In this document: piece by piece, positions 25,822 through 38,544 of the stretch | How the letters are laid out: each line of letters opens with the position of its first letter | How positions within the stretch are numbered: position 1 is the stretch's first letter | Source of the DNA: Stegostoma tigrinum | Taxonomy: Eukaryota | Direction: 5' to 3' | Length of the DNA: 64,000 nucleotides | NCBI RefSeq assembly: GCF_030684315.1 | Contig: NC_081354.1 | Location: 69,874,685-69,938,684 of the forward strand | Notes under the pieces: generated by a model | Told to the model about the DNA's origin: nothing | The model's input: only the letters and a program-made list of their open reading frames with translations | Databases searched by the model: none | Translations under genes and position numbers: made by a program

Positions 25822-27434
25822 CCATTGAGATTTAGCTGGTGTGTAATCTCAAATCTTTCACAGTGCAAATATTGTGCCTGTTTTCATGCTTCTCAAGGAC
25901 TGACCTGAACAGGTTGTTAATTTTAGTCATATCACTAAATAAACCTACTCAACAATTGTTTTTGCTGAAGGTTATGAAATGGTGACAAGGTATTCTTCAT
26001 GAAATTTTCTTTATTTTCATCTCTTAAAAAGGATTTAAAGGTACAAAAACCTAAAATAACTCATATACATATAATTCAGATACATACAGCATTTTTGGAG
26101 TTGCACTCCTGTATACAATACAACTTTTACACAAAATTTTCTGAGGTCAACAAAATCCTAGGCTGAAAACTCATCTGTACAAAAATGTCACTGCACAGAG
26201 AAGAGTTTTATTTATCAATGCTATTACTTCTGATTAATATTAATGATAAGCAGCATTTTCTCCCAAAATGTTAGTATTTCGCAAACATCATTTCTTTGCA
26301 CAGACTTCAGTTTTGGAGGCTTGATATCATACAAACAAAGTCCGGAGAGGTTCACTTAAAATGTAAATAACTGATGTAAACACGGCAGCAAAATCATGTA
26401 GACTGCACAGGCTTTCAAAAGCACAGAAAGACTGTTTCAAACGAATTTACAGCTAAATTTGAAACAATGTCAATCTTCTTGTACTTCCACATTCCCTGTA
26501 TGAATATTGTGTCTTCATTCTTCTATATTGTTCCACTACAGCTCAGCACAGGCTAAAGAAACGTGATATCAATTTTAGACAGGCCACTTTACAGTCCCAT
26601 TATCAACACTATGGTGAACATTTTACAAATCATAAGTCCTGCCTGCTCCACCTTCTCATTGGACAGTAGGGTATTGTTCGCCGTTCTGCATCTTCTCATT
26701 TGCACCTCTTCAAAACATAGTTTTTGTTCCCTCACTTGACCATTCTTATCTATTTTGCCTTGCACCACTGTGCCTCCAGTCATCAGACTTCTCCTCTCTT
26801 TAGTGCCACAAGGACTGCAGCATTTCAACAAAGGAGCTTGCCAGCACAGTCACACAAGCAAAAAGGAATGGAGGATAAGTGTTGAGTTTGGCAACCATGC
26901 ACAAATTTTGTGAAATAATTTTCTAACCATCAATAAATCAAATTGTTGAAAAATTAGTATTGATTATCTTAATTCAAACAATAACATTTAAATGCCGACA
27001 AATTTGTCTTATTTTGATTTCTCCCCAAGTTCATAAGGCCGTTAATATTTCCTGTCCACCTCTTCGGTGAACACAAATTATTTTCCAATGCGAATGGAGT
27101 AAGTTAACAGATTGCTTTCAGTTGTACGGCATCTCCTAACACTGCCAGATCACATCCAGAATAATTCTACAAAACTTATCTCGTGAAAAGAAAACCGGCA
27201 GCGCGGCACGAAGTTTCGCAATAGCTGCCTGACCTCTTAGACCATGTGTAAACAACTACAGCGCAAAAGGGTTAAACACTGAAAATTGTTTCAGAGATTT
27301 AATGCTCAACCAACATATCGAACGGTGATATCAGAAAGAGGAATGCCCCGCAGTGACTTCCTTCACTTCAGTGTTCACTCTACGGCAAGTTCCCCGGGTG
27401 GGCAATCCAGTCAATCCCATTGCAGCTTCAATTC

Positions 27435-28780
27435 TTAGTTACGTGGTCTGGAACCTGAAATAAAATTAAATAAATTAATTATTCCCCTGACAACTGTAGA
27501 TATTTGTTTTATAGTGAGAGCAGTTAACAAAAGGTTCAACAATTATGCACTAGGGCTGTTTACAATGCAGAGCAGAACATCATGGAGCTGACTGTGACGG
27601 AAGGAAGCATGAAAAGGAGTGAAAGTTCCCGTTTTGATCACTGGGATACATTGAATTGGCCGACATCAGCTGGCTGCTGAAGGTATGTCAACCGTGGGTG
27701 CTGGAGCATGGAATCACCCAGCATTCCTGCACCAGGTTACTGACAAGTGACACCCCCAGCTCCTCCCCGATTTACCACAAATGGGTGAGGCTGAGAACGG
27801 TGTAGGAATCAATCCCTCTGCCACTGTGGATGAAGAGCTCGTTAGCATCCACTTTCACAGCTCACATGCAAATACCAGATTTAGGGACAAAGTAACAGAA
27901 TGCATCAAGAGCCTGCAGGAGTGGGCAGCAGACTGGTGTTAAAGCCTTGGCCAAAGAGCCGAGGACACACATGAGAAAAGCACTCCACTCGAGCAGATTT
28001 ATTCATAGATAACAAATACAAGTTTACAAGCACTAACCTTTCCTGGATTTAATGATTATCTTCACCCACTTGGCATCAGGGCTCACACAAACTTGCTGCC
28101 CACTTTTCTTGGTGACGCTGTGAGGAAAACATAAAACTTCAAAATCCAACTCACAGAAATTGGATATTACCCATAGAAGGTAAGAATCAGTCATCAAAAC
28201 ACAATCCTTCAAATCCGCTACATGAAGAAATTGCAATTGATCCAACTTATTTACAAAGAAATTGCATCATCTCAATAGGAATAGGAAAATGAGAGAAGTT
28301 AAAGGTGATACTCAAGCCATTTACTCACATTATCTCCTCTGCCTCACAATTTGATCCTTTGGGAAGGTATTGTAAAGTCTTGATGGTTCTTGGATCAATA
28401 AAATTGGAGCTGGTCGCAGGACACCGACACCGTCCTTGATTACCTGGGACTGGAATACCTGTAAATGAAATAAACTGAACTTCAATTCAGATTTTGATTG
28501 CAGTTGACAGAAAAGTGATATGTTATTTAAGCACTGAATTCAGTATTAAAACGTATATATCATATTATCAAAACATGTATCAGTGACTGTTTAATTCTTT
28601 AATAAACAACCAGTCAACACATTGTCTCACGTACGGCTGCTCAATAAATCAGCAGAAAGACTCCTTTCCATATTATACGGCAGGAAAAACTTAAACACAA
28701 CACAGAAATGTTAACATACCCAGTACAGCAGTAGTACACAGGAGCAGGATAACAGTCATTACAGCTGTTGCTCTGTTCAT
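27435..28780 (-). CDS. CXC chemokine B, ELR-negative, CXCL9/10/11-like, 96 aa
   Basis: Coding exons 28780-28720, 28458-28329, 28117-28038, 27454-27435 (61/130/80/20 nt), GT-AG. Translation: MNRATAVMTVILLLCTTAVLGIPVPGNQGRCRCPATSSNFIDPRTIKTLQYLPKGSNCEAEEIIVTKKSGQQVCVSPDAKWVKIIIKSRKGSRPRN. Confidence 0.93.
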
Positions 28781-28886
28781 CTTTGATTTTGTTGCTGAAT
28801 AGGCTCCTGCAGAAGGATCTTCTGTTTGCTTCAGTGCCACTCTCTCTGTTGAATGAAGTTGTGCTGTAGACAGGTCCAAAAGCTCC

Positions 28887-28996
28887 TATTTATGGAGATC
28901 TTTTACTTTCGTGTTGCGTAATCCTGACCAGTGAAAGCTGTGAAAATTCTGTGGAAGGGGATTTCCCTGATCCTGAGTCAACTTTCTTTCACTTTT
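28887..28996 (-). promoter_or_regulatory. Proximal promoter of chemokine B
   Basis: TATA-like 28887-28893; C/EBP TTGCGTAAT 28914-28922; NF-kB GGGGATTTCCC 28957-28967; AP-1 TGAGTCA 28974-28980; IRF/ISRE-like ACTTTCTTTCACTTT 28981-28995. Confidence 0.75.
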
Positions 28997-29541
28997 GCAG
29001 TTTTAATGATTTTACCATGTTACATAATTCACAGCAGCAACAGGCAGGTCAGGTAAGCTGAATATTTAAGTCTAATTTTAAAAGAGTGAATCACGGCTTT
29101 CAAAAATACAATATAGAAGTCACCTTTGGCAAAAATGCGAAAGGAAAGGTGTGTGGAGATAAACGGCCTTGTGTGAAATTTGTCCACTGATTAGCTTCAC
29201 AATAGAAGTGATATAGGTACCTGATTTACCACTGAGTCATAAATAATATTGTCAAATTTCCAAAGACACTTAAAGAAAAGTTTAATGAATTTCGCAAATT
29301 CTCATTGAATGAAGTCCTTTTAGAGTGGTAATAATACCTTTCCTTCATTACTAGTTCACTTTCAATGGCAGTTAAGATTTGCTAAAATCAAAGCCCCTCT
29401 AGATATGCTTTTTATTGATTTTCTTTAGACAGATTAACACCGGATGATCTGCAAAATAATCCAGTTCTAGATTGTACTGAGGTAGGGCCCCGGACCCAAA
29501 ACATTAACTCTGATTTCTCCTCACAGATGCTTCCTGACCTG

Positions 29542-31260
29542 AGATAACAAAGTGTGGAGTTGGATGAACACAACAGACCAAGCAGCATCTTAGGAGCACA
29601 AAAGCTGACATTTCAGGTCAAGACTCTTCAACAGAAAAGGGGAGGGGGAGAGGGTTCTGAAATAAATTGGGAGAGAGGGGGAGGCGGATCGAAGATGGAT
29701 AGAGGAGAAGATAGGTGGAGCGGAGACAGACAAGTTAAAGAGACGGGGATGGACCCAGTAGAGGTGAGTGTAGGTGGGAAGGTAGGAAGGGGATAGGTCA
29801 GTCCAGGGAGGATGGACAGGTCAAGGGGGTGGGATGAGGTTAGTAGGTAGGAAATGGAGGTGTGGCTTGAGGTAGGAGGAGGGGATAGGGGAGAGGAAGA
29901 ACAGGTTAGGGAGGTGGGGATGAGCTGGGCTGGTTTTGGGATGCAGTAGGGGGAGGGGAGATTTTGAAGCTTGTAACATCCACATTGATACCATTGCAGG
30001 GTTCGCAAGCAGAATATGAGTTGCTGTTCCTGCAACCTTCGCATGGCATTGTTGTGGCACTCCAGGAGGCCCATGATGGACATGTCGTCTAAGGAATGGG
30101 AGGGGGAGTTAAAATGGTTCGTGACTAGGAGGAGCAGCTGTTTATTGCGAACCGAGCGGAGGTGTTCTGCAAAGCCATCCCTAAGCCTCCACTTGGGTTG
30201 CCCAATGTAGAGGAGGCCACAGCCTCCTCTACAGGAGGGTACAGCAGATGCAGTGTACCACATTGGCAGATGTGCAGGTGAACATCAGCTTGATGGGGAA
30301 CGTCATCTTGGGGCCTGGGATGGGGGTGAGGGAGGAGGTGTGGGGCCAGGTGTAGCACTTCCTGTGTTTGCAGGCGAAAGTGCCAGGTGTGGTGGGGTTG
30401 GAGGGGAGTGTGGAGCAGACAAGGGAGTCATGGAGAGAGTGGTCCCTCTCGCAAACAGACAAGGGTGGGGAGGGAAAAATGTCTTTGGTGGTCGGGTTGG
30501 ATTGTAGATGGCGGAAGTGTTGGAGGATGATGCGTTAGATCCAGAGGTTGGTGGGTTGGTACGTGAGGACAATGGGGATTTTGTTTTGGTGGTTATTGCG
30601 GGGACGGGGTATGAGCGATGTGTTGCGGGAAATGCGGGAGACATGGTCAAGGGCATTCTCGACCACTGCAGGGTGGGGTGATGGTGGGTAGTTGCGGTCC
30701 TTGAAAAACGAGGACATCTGAGATGTACAGGAGTGGAATGCCTCATCCTGGGAGCAGATGCAGTGGAATCGAAGGAATTGGGAATAAGGGATGGCATTTT
30801 TGCAGGAAGGAGGGTGGAAGGAGGTGTATTCTAGGTAGCTGTGGGAGTCAGTGGGCTTGAAGTGGATATCGGTTTCGAGGTGGGTGCCTGAGATGGAGAC
30901 AGACAGGCCCAGGAAGGTGAGGGAGGTATTAGAGATAGTTCAGGTGAACTTGAGGTTGGGGTGGAAGGTGTTGGTGAAGTGGATGAACTGTTCAAGTTCC
31001 TCGTGGGAGCACAAGGTGACGCCAACACAGTCATCTATGTAACGGAGGAAGAGGTGGGGTTTAGGGCCAGTGTAGGCACGGAAGACGGATTGTTCCGCGT
31101 AACCTATCAAGAAGCAGGCATAGCTTGGGCCCATGCGGATACCCATGGTCACCCCCAATGAATGGTCTTGTGCTCCTAAGATGCTGCTTGGCCTGCTGTG
31201 TTCATCCAGCTCTGCAATTTGGTATCTCGGATTCTCCAGCATCTGCAGTTCCCATTACCG
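29542..31260 (-). mobile_element. Penelope-like retroelement (RT + GIY-YIG) with inverted terminal arms
   Basis: RT motif GVTMGIRMGPSYA...FLRYIDD (ORF 30940-31242) and GIY-YIG (CGLLYIGQ...NHFNS; ORF 29628-30263). Terminal arms at 29542-29632 and 31168-31260 are inverted. TSD TGCTTCCTGACCTG. Confidence 0.92.
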
Positions 31261-32188
31261 CTGCTTCCTGACCTGCTCACTTTTCCAGCAATTTAAGCTT
31301 TTGTTCTAGATTGTACACCTCAGCCACCGGGGAGCTTTTCATCAACATAACAGAAAACACAGAACAAATCAATGGAGCTGCATCGTATAATTTATGGGGA
31401 ACATTTCTGTCTTTCATTGGCTATGTTTTATGATGTGACCCTTGGACCTGAAGGTTGAGGTGTGGAAAGAGGTGAAGTTGTGAAAATGTCTTTCTGGATT
31501 TGTTTAGAGATGGCACTCGTAAGCAAATTTTAGTTTGAGGATGCAGTGACTTCAGTTCTGGAATTTCTTTGAACTCCTTGTTCTAGTGCAGATATTTAAT
31601 ATCATTCAATGTCAGAATCTATGTTGATTGTTTGTTCTTCAATCTGCATTACTAACACAAAATTAAAATGTTTCAGAAATATATAGCAATCACTTATCAC
31701 AAATTAAAATAGATTATATTTTATATATTCATTCCCTGAATTGACAATTCAAATTGACTGTGGGAAATTTTAGTTCTGCATTTTGCAGGTGACCCAGAGA
31801 ATAATGTTACTCTTCACAGTTGGCACTGTTCCCTGGAATGAGATAAGGAAGCAAGCACTGAGCTAAAAAGCGTGATTTACAAGAAATAGATCATCCCATA
31901 ATTTGACAATACAAGTTGCAGAATTTGCTCATTTACAATGTTCAAGCATCAATTGTAAATGGGTTGGATGTTAAAATAATGATTTTCATCTGCAAAGCTT
32001 TTTCAAAATCTGCAACATTATCACATAAGGGTGAGCAGGGATGAAAATAAGCAAGAGGCAGACTTAGGCTTTACGCAGCCACACAAAGAGAATTTGACCC
32101 AAAATAATCTGACTTCCTGGAATTCATACAAATTCACAATGAAATCTGACTCCAAAATGTTATGAATCACAAATCCAGAGAGACAAGT

Positions 32189-33797
32189 TAGAACATAGAA
32201 CATAGAACATTACAGCACAGTACAGGCCCTTCGGCCCTCGATGTTGTGCCGACATGTCAGACCGATCTCAAGCCCATCGAACCTACACTATTCCACGTAC
32301 GTCCATATGCTTATCCAATGATGACTTAAATATACCTAAAGTTGGCGAATCTACTACCGTTGCAGGCAAAGCATTCCATTCCCTTACTACTCTCTGAGTA
32401 AAGAAACAACCTCTGACATCTTTCCTAGTCACCTCTCAACCTTCTTCTCTCTAATGAAAACAGCCTCAAGTCCCTCAGCCTTTCCTCGTAAGACCTTCCC
32501 TGCATACCAGGCAACATCCTCGTAAATCTCCTCTGAACCCTTTCCAAAGCTTCCACATCCTTCTTATAGTGCGGTGACCAGAACTGTACACAATACTCCA
32601 AGTGCAGCCGCACCAGAGTTTTATACAGCTTCACCATAACCTCTTGGTTCCGGAACTCGATCCCTCTATTAATAAAAACTAAAACACTGTACGCCTTTTA
32701 ACAGCCCTGTCAACCTGGGTGGCAACTTTGAAGGATCTGTGTACATGGACACCGAGATCTCTCTGCTCATCTACACTACTAAGGATCTTACCATTAGCCC
32801 AGTACTTTGCCTTCTGGTTACTCCTACCAAAGTGCATCACCTCACACTTGTCTGCATTAAGCTCCATTTGCCACCTCTCAGCCCAGCTCTGCAGCTTATC
32901 TATGTCTCTCTGCAACCTACAGCATCCTTCGTCACTATCCACAACTCCACCGACCTTAGTGTGGTCTGCAAATTTACTAACCCATCCTTCTACGCCCTCA
33001 TCCAGGTCATTTATAAAAATGACAAACAGCAGTGGACCCAACACCGACCCTTGCGGTACACCACTAGTAACTGCTCTCCAGGATTAACATTTCCCATCAA
33101 TTCCCACCCTCTGTCTTCTTTCAGCAAGCCAATTTCCAATCCAAACTGCTATATCTCCCACAATTCCATTCCTCCGCATTTTGTACAATAGCCTATTGTG
33201 CGGAACCTTATCGAACGCCTTGCTGAAATCCATATACACCACATCAACCGGTTTACTCTCATCTACCTGTTTGGTCACCTTCTCAAAGAACTCAATAAGG
33301 TTTGTGAGGCATGACCTTCCCTTCACAAAACCATGCTGACTATCCCTAATCAATTTATTCTTTTCTAGATGATTATAAATCCTATCCCTTATAACCTTTT
33401 CCAACACTTTACCAACAACTGAGGTAAGGCTCACTGGTCTATAATTACCAGGGTTGTCTCTATTCCCCTTCTTGAACAGGGGAACCACATTTGCTATCCT
33501 CCAGTCATCTGGCACTATTCCTGTAGACAATGACGAGTTAAAGATCAATGCCAAAGGCTCGGCAATCTCCTCCCTGGCTTCCCAGAGGATCTGAGGATAA
33601 ATCCCATCTGGCCCAGGGGACTTATCAATCTTCACCCTCTGAAGGATTTCTAATACCTCTTCCTTGTGAACCTCAATCCCACCTAGTCTAGTTGCCTGTA
33701 TCTCAGTATTCTGCTCGACAACATTGTCGTTTGCTAGAGTGAATACTGTTGCAAAATATTCATTTAGCGCTTCCCCTATCTCATCTGACTCCACAGC
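32189..33797 (-). mobile_element. Relatively young 5'-truncated CR1 LINE
   Basis: ORFs 33084-33794, 32679-33044 and 32425-32637 carry RT motifs. An (AGAACAT)n tail lies at 32189-32210, and there is an internal deletion near 32425. Confidence 0.95.
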
Positions 33798-34179
33798 ACC
33801 AACCCCAAGACATTATTTCATTCCTGATGAGCATATGAACAGTGACCATGGTGAACTTTTGTCCTTTGAAAGGAATGATATCTGCAAGGGTTTTCGTCCT
33901 TCAATAGCCAGTCCCTCATGCTGTTTCACGGGTTAATAAGGTTGGATGGGGAAAGTGCCAGAACTGGATCTGAAAGCACTGGTGAGGGGTTTCCCTAGAG
34001 TGGGTATCAGTGGGAATGTCCAATGTGGGCAGAGGCTCAGGAGGTGGTTCAAGTGGCTGACAAAAGCTTCAGCAGAGAGGCTAATACAACTGTGTAAGGT
34101 GTGTATCCGGACTCTTCTGTCTGGTCCCTTTGTCTGTACTCAACCTGTTTATTGAGAACTGTCAATGTGATTTTGGTCA

Positions 34180-34720
34180 CCTCAATTTCTCTGTACCCCC
34201 TGACCCATTCAAAGTTATCTCCATCTGAACTGAATGCATCCTGACTTTGTAAATAAGCCTGCCGACAAGGGTGGTGCTGTTGTCTGCAATATTGATCTTT
34301 ACATTCAGCTCTCAGATACCTCCTTTCTGTCTCCCCCTGGACCATGACCCCATCTTGGAACATGAGGCCATTGTGTCCATTATGTAACTAAGCTCACTTT
34401 ATCATGATATCACCCCAGCCTCCACTGCCTCCAACTCTGGGTGTCCCAAAGCCCCTCACTACCTGCTTCTACCAGTTTCCCAAAAACCACAAACTGGACT
34501 TCCTGGGCAGAGCTATTTGCCCTGCATGCTCCAATCCGATAGAACTCATCTCCTCCGACCTCAACTCGATTTTTTCTCCCTTTATCTGGTCCCTTCCCAT
34601 TTACATTTACAATTCTTCAGACACTTTATCTATTTCAGAATTTCCAGTTCGCAGGCTCCAGACACCTCTTCTTTATCATGGACATGCAATCTCCTTACAC
34701 ATCCAACCCCTATCAGGATG
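34180..34720 (+). mobile_element. Degenerate Penelope-like RT fragment
   Basis: ADKGGAVV (~34261) and FYQFPKNHK..LGRAICPACSNPIELISS (ORF 34404-34874). Confidence 0.7.
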
Positions 34721-34724
34721 GCCT

Positions 34725-34912
34725 CAAAGTCTGGAAGGAAGCCATTTGGCCCATCGAGAAACCACAAACCCTCTGAGCAGGTCACCCAGAACCAGCCCCC
34801 TACCATATCCCTGTAGCCCCACATTTACCATGCCTAATCCACCGAGCCTACGCATCCCTGCACACTGTGGATAATTTCAGCAGAGCCAGCCCACTTAACC
34901 TGCACCTCTTTG
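34725..34912 (-). mobile_element. SINE 3' fragment (HE1-like)
   Basis: Matches the 3' half of the other HE1-like copies. Confidence 0.7.
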
Positions 34913-35249
34913 AATATTTGGCAGCTCTTTGTTTTGCATTTGATTTTTGTTGCTCAGTTCAACTACAAAACTCCAGTAGAATTGAAACTGTTTATGTTAA
35001 ACTCTGTCTTTGTGTAATTTTTCGAAATTCAACCTGTTCAGAGGAATTATGACAAACTCGGAGCAGATGAAACTTGAACCCAGCCACTGTGCCACAACGG
35101 CCCTCCTGTCCTTTCGTATTCTTCAAAGGAGAAACCACAAGATGTATCTGGAAAATAATTCACGGGGGATGGGCTGCTGCTGAGCAGGCGAATGATTAGC
35201 CTCTTGTTAGCTTTAGGGTCACAAGAGATCACAGCCCAGTCTGTTTTGA

Positions 35250-35465
35250 TCAGAGATAATGGGAACTGCAGATGCTGGAGAATCCAAGATAACAAAGTGT
35301 GGGGCTGGATGAACACAGCAGGCCAAGCAGCATCTTAGGAGCACAAAAGCTGATGTTTCGGGCCTAGACCCTTCATCAGAAATGGTCTAGGCCCGAAAAA
35401 CCAGCTTTTGTGCTCCTAAGATGCTGTTTGGCCTGCTGTGTTCATCCAGCTCCACACTTTATTAT
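35250..35465. mobile_element. Fold-back PLE family-1 element
   Basis: Long arm on the left, short arm on the right. TSD CCAGTCTGTTTTGA at 35236-35249 and 35466-35479. Confidence 0.88.
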
Positions 35466-36615
35466 CCAGTCTGTTTTGACTTGTCTTTCGAAAATGGCCC
35501 AGCCTTTATCTCCTCCCTTATCCATTCACAATCTTGATGGGCTAGGAAGGAGCAGTTCACACTTTAGGGAGTGCCACTGTTTATAATGTTTATAATGGGG
35601 TTACAGTGGACTTTGTCTCCCAATGGAATGAAATGTGCCGTCTCGTATGCAAATCAGCGGCTACTTTAATTACATGTCTGTTTTGCAAAGCCGCAGTTTT
35701 TAAAACTTCTATATATGACCAGCTAACGAGATGATTATTCAAAATTTGATATAGCGCATCTTATTGACAGTGCGTCAGTCACATCATTAACTACGGCCAG
35801 TGAAGGGAATCAAGATTTCCTGTAAATCACAGGCTTTAGTTCCACTGACTGATCTGTGCTTTCTTTCACTTCTCTGAGTTCCCCAATGGGTTAGCTGTAA
35901 AATCTGGAACTGGATTTTTCTCCAAATTATCTGATGCTCCTTGCTTGAAAAACACCAATAAAATCATCAAATTTTTGAGGCTTGAATTTATGAATTTCTA
36001 ATCATTTGTTGATTAAATCTATTCTATCCATTGAATGGTATTAAGATAAAAGGCCGAAATATTGTGGTAAATTTCAATAATAGCGCATCTGTCACACATT
36101 TAAGTCAGCTTAGATCAGTAAATCCGGCATCTAGATCTGCCTTACAGTGAAGCTGGTTAAATCTAGTTGCAGAGAGTAATTTGAAATCTAGACATACTTA
36201 GGTAAAAATCTATCACAGCAGCTCACATGTCAGTGACTGAGGTATGCTGCAGAAAATTGTGAATATAATTCAAACTACAATATGAAAGAACACTGTCTCA
36301 AGATCAGGGACCTTTCAATATTTTTGTGGCTGCTGCAGTTCAATTCAATACCCAGTGAATGACAATGCACAGGATGCTAATAGTGGAGGATTCCGCGATG
36401 GTATCGCTAATGAATGTCAAGTGAGGCTGGTTTGATTCTATCTTGTTGGCTTCCCCCGGACTTGCATTGACTCCAGTTTTTCTGAGCCCATTCATACCAC
36501 ACTCAATGAAACATTACCTTGATGTCAAGGCAGTTGGTCTCATGTTTTCACCTTTTCAGTGGAACACATCCAGTTTCTGTGAGTTATATTTTAAAGGATT
36601 ACTTTCTCTTCACAG

Positions 36616-37896
36616 TATCACCTTGCAAAATGGGAAAAACTGATGTGTGAGTCCTAATGTGGAGTGGGTGAAGATTATCATTCAAGCTCAGAGAGGTTGG
36701 TGCCTGCATCTACATTTGGGAAATCCAGGAGAAGGTGGGAATGTCACTGGATACCACTAGATGCAGGAATGCTGAGTGATGCCATAAGACCATGAGATAT
36801 AGTAGTGAAAGGAGGCTATTCAGCCCATCATGTCAGCTCTGCCATTCAATGAGCTGATCTGTCGACAAGACAAATGGCAATTCATTTCATCCAGTAAGGA
36901 TTCACAGCTAGTTTTTCACTTTTGTTGAGTGCGTGATTTTAAAGAGTCAGCACTCACGTCTGCAACTGAATTCACGACGGCCAAGCTGAATTCAAGTTTG
37001 TAGCACTCCAAACCCAACATTTTCTTCTCTGTAACATCCCATCCAGCTATCAAAATTAATATTTGCACTGACTAGGTATCAAACCAAGCCCTCCCACTGG
37101 ATAAGAACCAAAAGAACTGCAGATGCTGTAAATCAGGAACAAACACAAAGTTGCTGGAAAAGCTCAGCAGGTCTGGAGGCATCTGTGGAGGAGAAAAAAG
37201 AGTTGACATTTGGGGTCCGGTGACGTTTCCTCAGAACCCGTTCTGCGGAAGCGTCACCGGACCCGAAACATTAACTCTTTTTTCTCCTCCACAGATGCCT
37301 ACAGACCTGCTGAGCTTTTCCAGCAACTTTGTTTTTGTTCCTCCCACTGGAGTCAGCCAAATGAGATCAGCCAACTTGATACATCCCATTAAAAAATGGA
37401 CTTTGTGTGCTTTTCATGTGCCTTCCTTCATGGTCAGTTCTGTGATATTCTGCACAGCATTGTAAGCAGGCAATGTGTAGATTTTCTTTAACTTTTTGTG
37501 ATCTCTTTGATTTTGAATCTTTAAAGTAATATTCTACAGAATTTTTTCAACTACAACTACATAGGCCTTTCATGTGTTAAATCAATTTTGTAAAATTCAT
37601 CATAAAATCACAATCATTAGCAATGCTGGAAATGTCGATCATACCCTATAATTATGTTCCGTGAAGACAATAAGTCCTTGATGTCAACTAAAATAAGTAT
37701 CTGATTTTAGAAGCAAACAATACCTTGTTTTAATTTTATAGCAGGTGCCAAGTCACACAACAGGGAAATGAAGGTGCACTGGGATTCACTCAATTGCATA
37801 CTGGGGAATTTGCTGTGGAGTCAACATGGAAATGAAGGAAACCCCCTGCAGGGTGGTCACTTTCTGATGTTACCTTCCAATAGATTTTTTGAGTAG
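36616..37896 (+). pseudogene. CXC chemokine pseudogene C (exons 3-4 only)
   Basis: Exon 3 at 36616-36695 (ITLQNGKN*CVSPNVEWVKIIIQAQR) has an in-frame TGA at 36641-36643. Exon 4 starts at 37745 (GAKSHNREMKVHWD...). Exons 1-2 and the TATA region are absent; comparison with copy E places a ~2.6 kb deletion near 36318. Confidence 0.85.
37104..37339. mobile_element. Fold-back PLE family-2 element in intron 3 of pseudogene C
   Basis: Inverted arms with TSD CCTCCCACTGGA at 37090-37101 and 37340-37351. The paralogous site near 57727 is empty. Confidence 0.85.
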
Positions 37897-38544
37897 TTAC
37901 CTTGCACTGATTCCTGAAACTTATTTAACTGTTTAATTTTGTAACAGTGGAAATATTTACACACAGCCTAAGAAATCAGGATGACATTAAGGAATTTTGT
38001 GCAAAGAACTCCATTTTGTTGTCACACTATATGCGATTATTCAGAATTAAGTCTGACATTGTTAAAACTTATCCTATGACTGGCATTGAACATTTCTCCA
38101 TAATTGTTGGGAAATAATTTCAAAACATCTAAAGGTGCAAATACAAAAGGAAAATATGAGTGGAACTTATAACTTACGAAAGAATAGAAATTAAATAAGT
38201 TCAGTTGCTCTATTTTAATAGTTGAAGTAAAAGTGGAAATTAATAACAATTGGGGAATGATTCAATCTTTTATTTATTATTTCATACAATTCAAGTGTCT
38301 GTGCTGAAGCCAACACTTATTGCTCAGTCATCATTTCCTATTTGAGTGTGATGGTAAGATATCTATTGAACTGCTGCTATTGTATGTAGTAAAGGTACAT
38401 GCACTTGGCCATGAAGCTAACCTGATTGAAATTTAGCATGTCATCATTTCTTTGTGACGTTTGCTCTCCATACTTCTACTTATTTTACGAATGAGTGTCC
38501 AGTTAGCAGATTTATCCTCGAATGAAAAATTTTATGGAGCAGGG

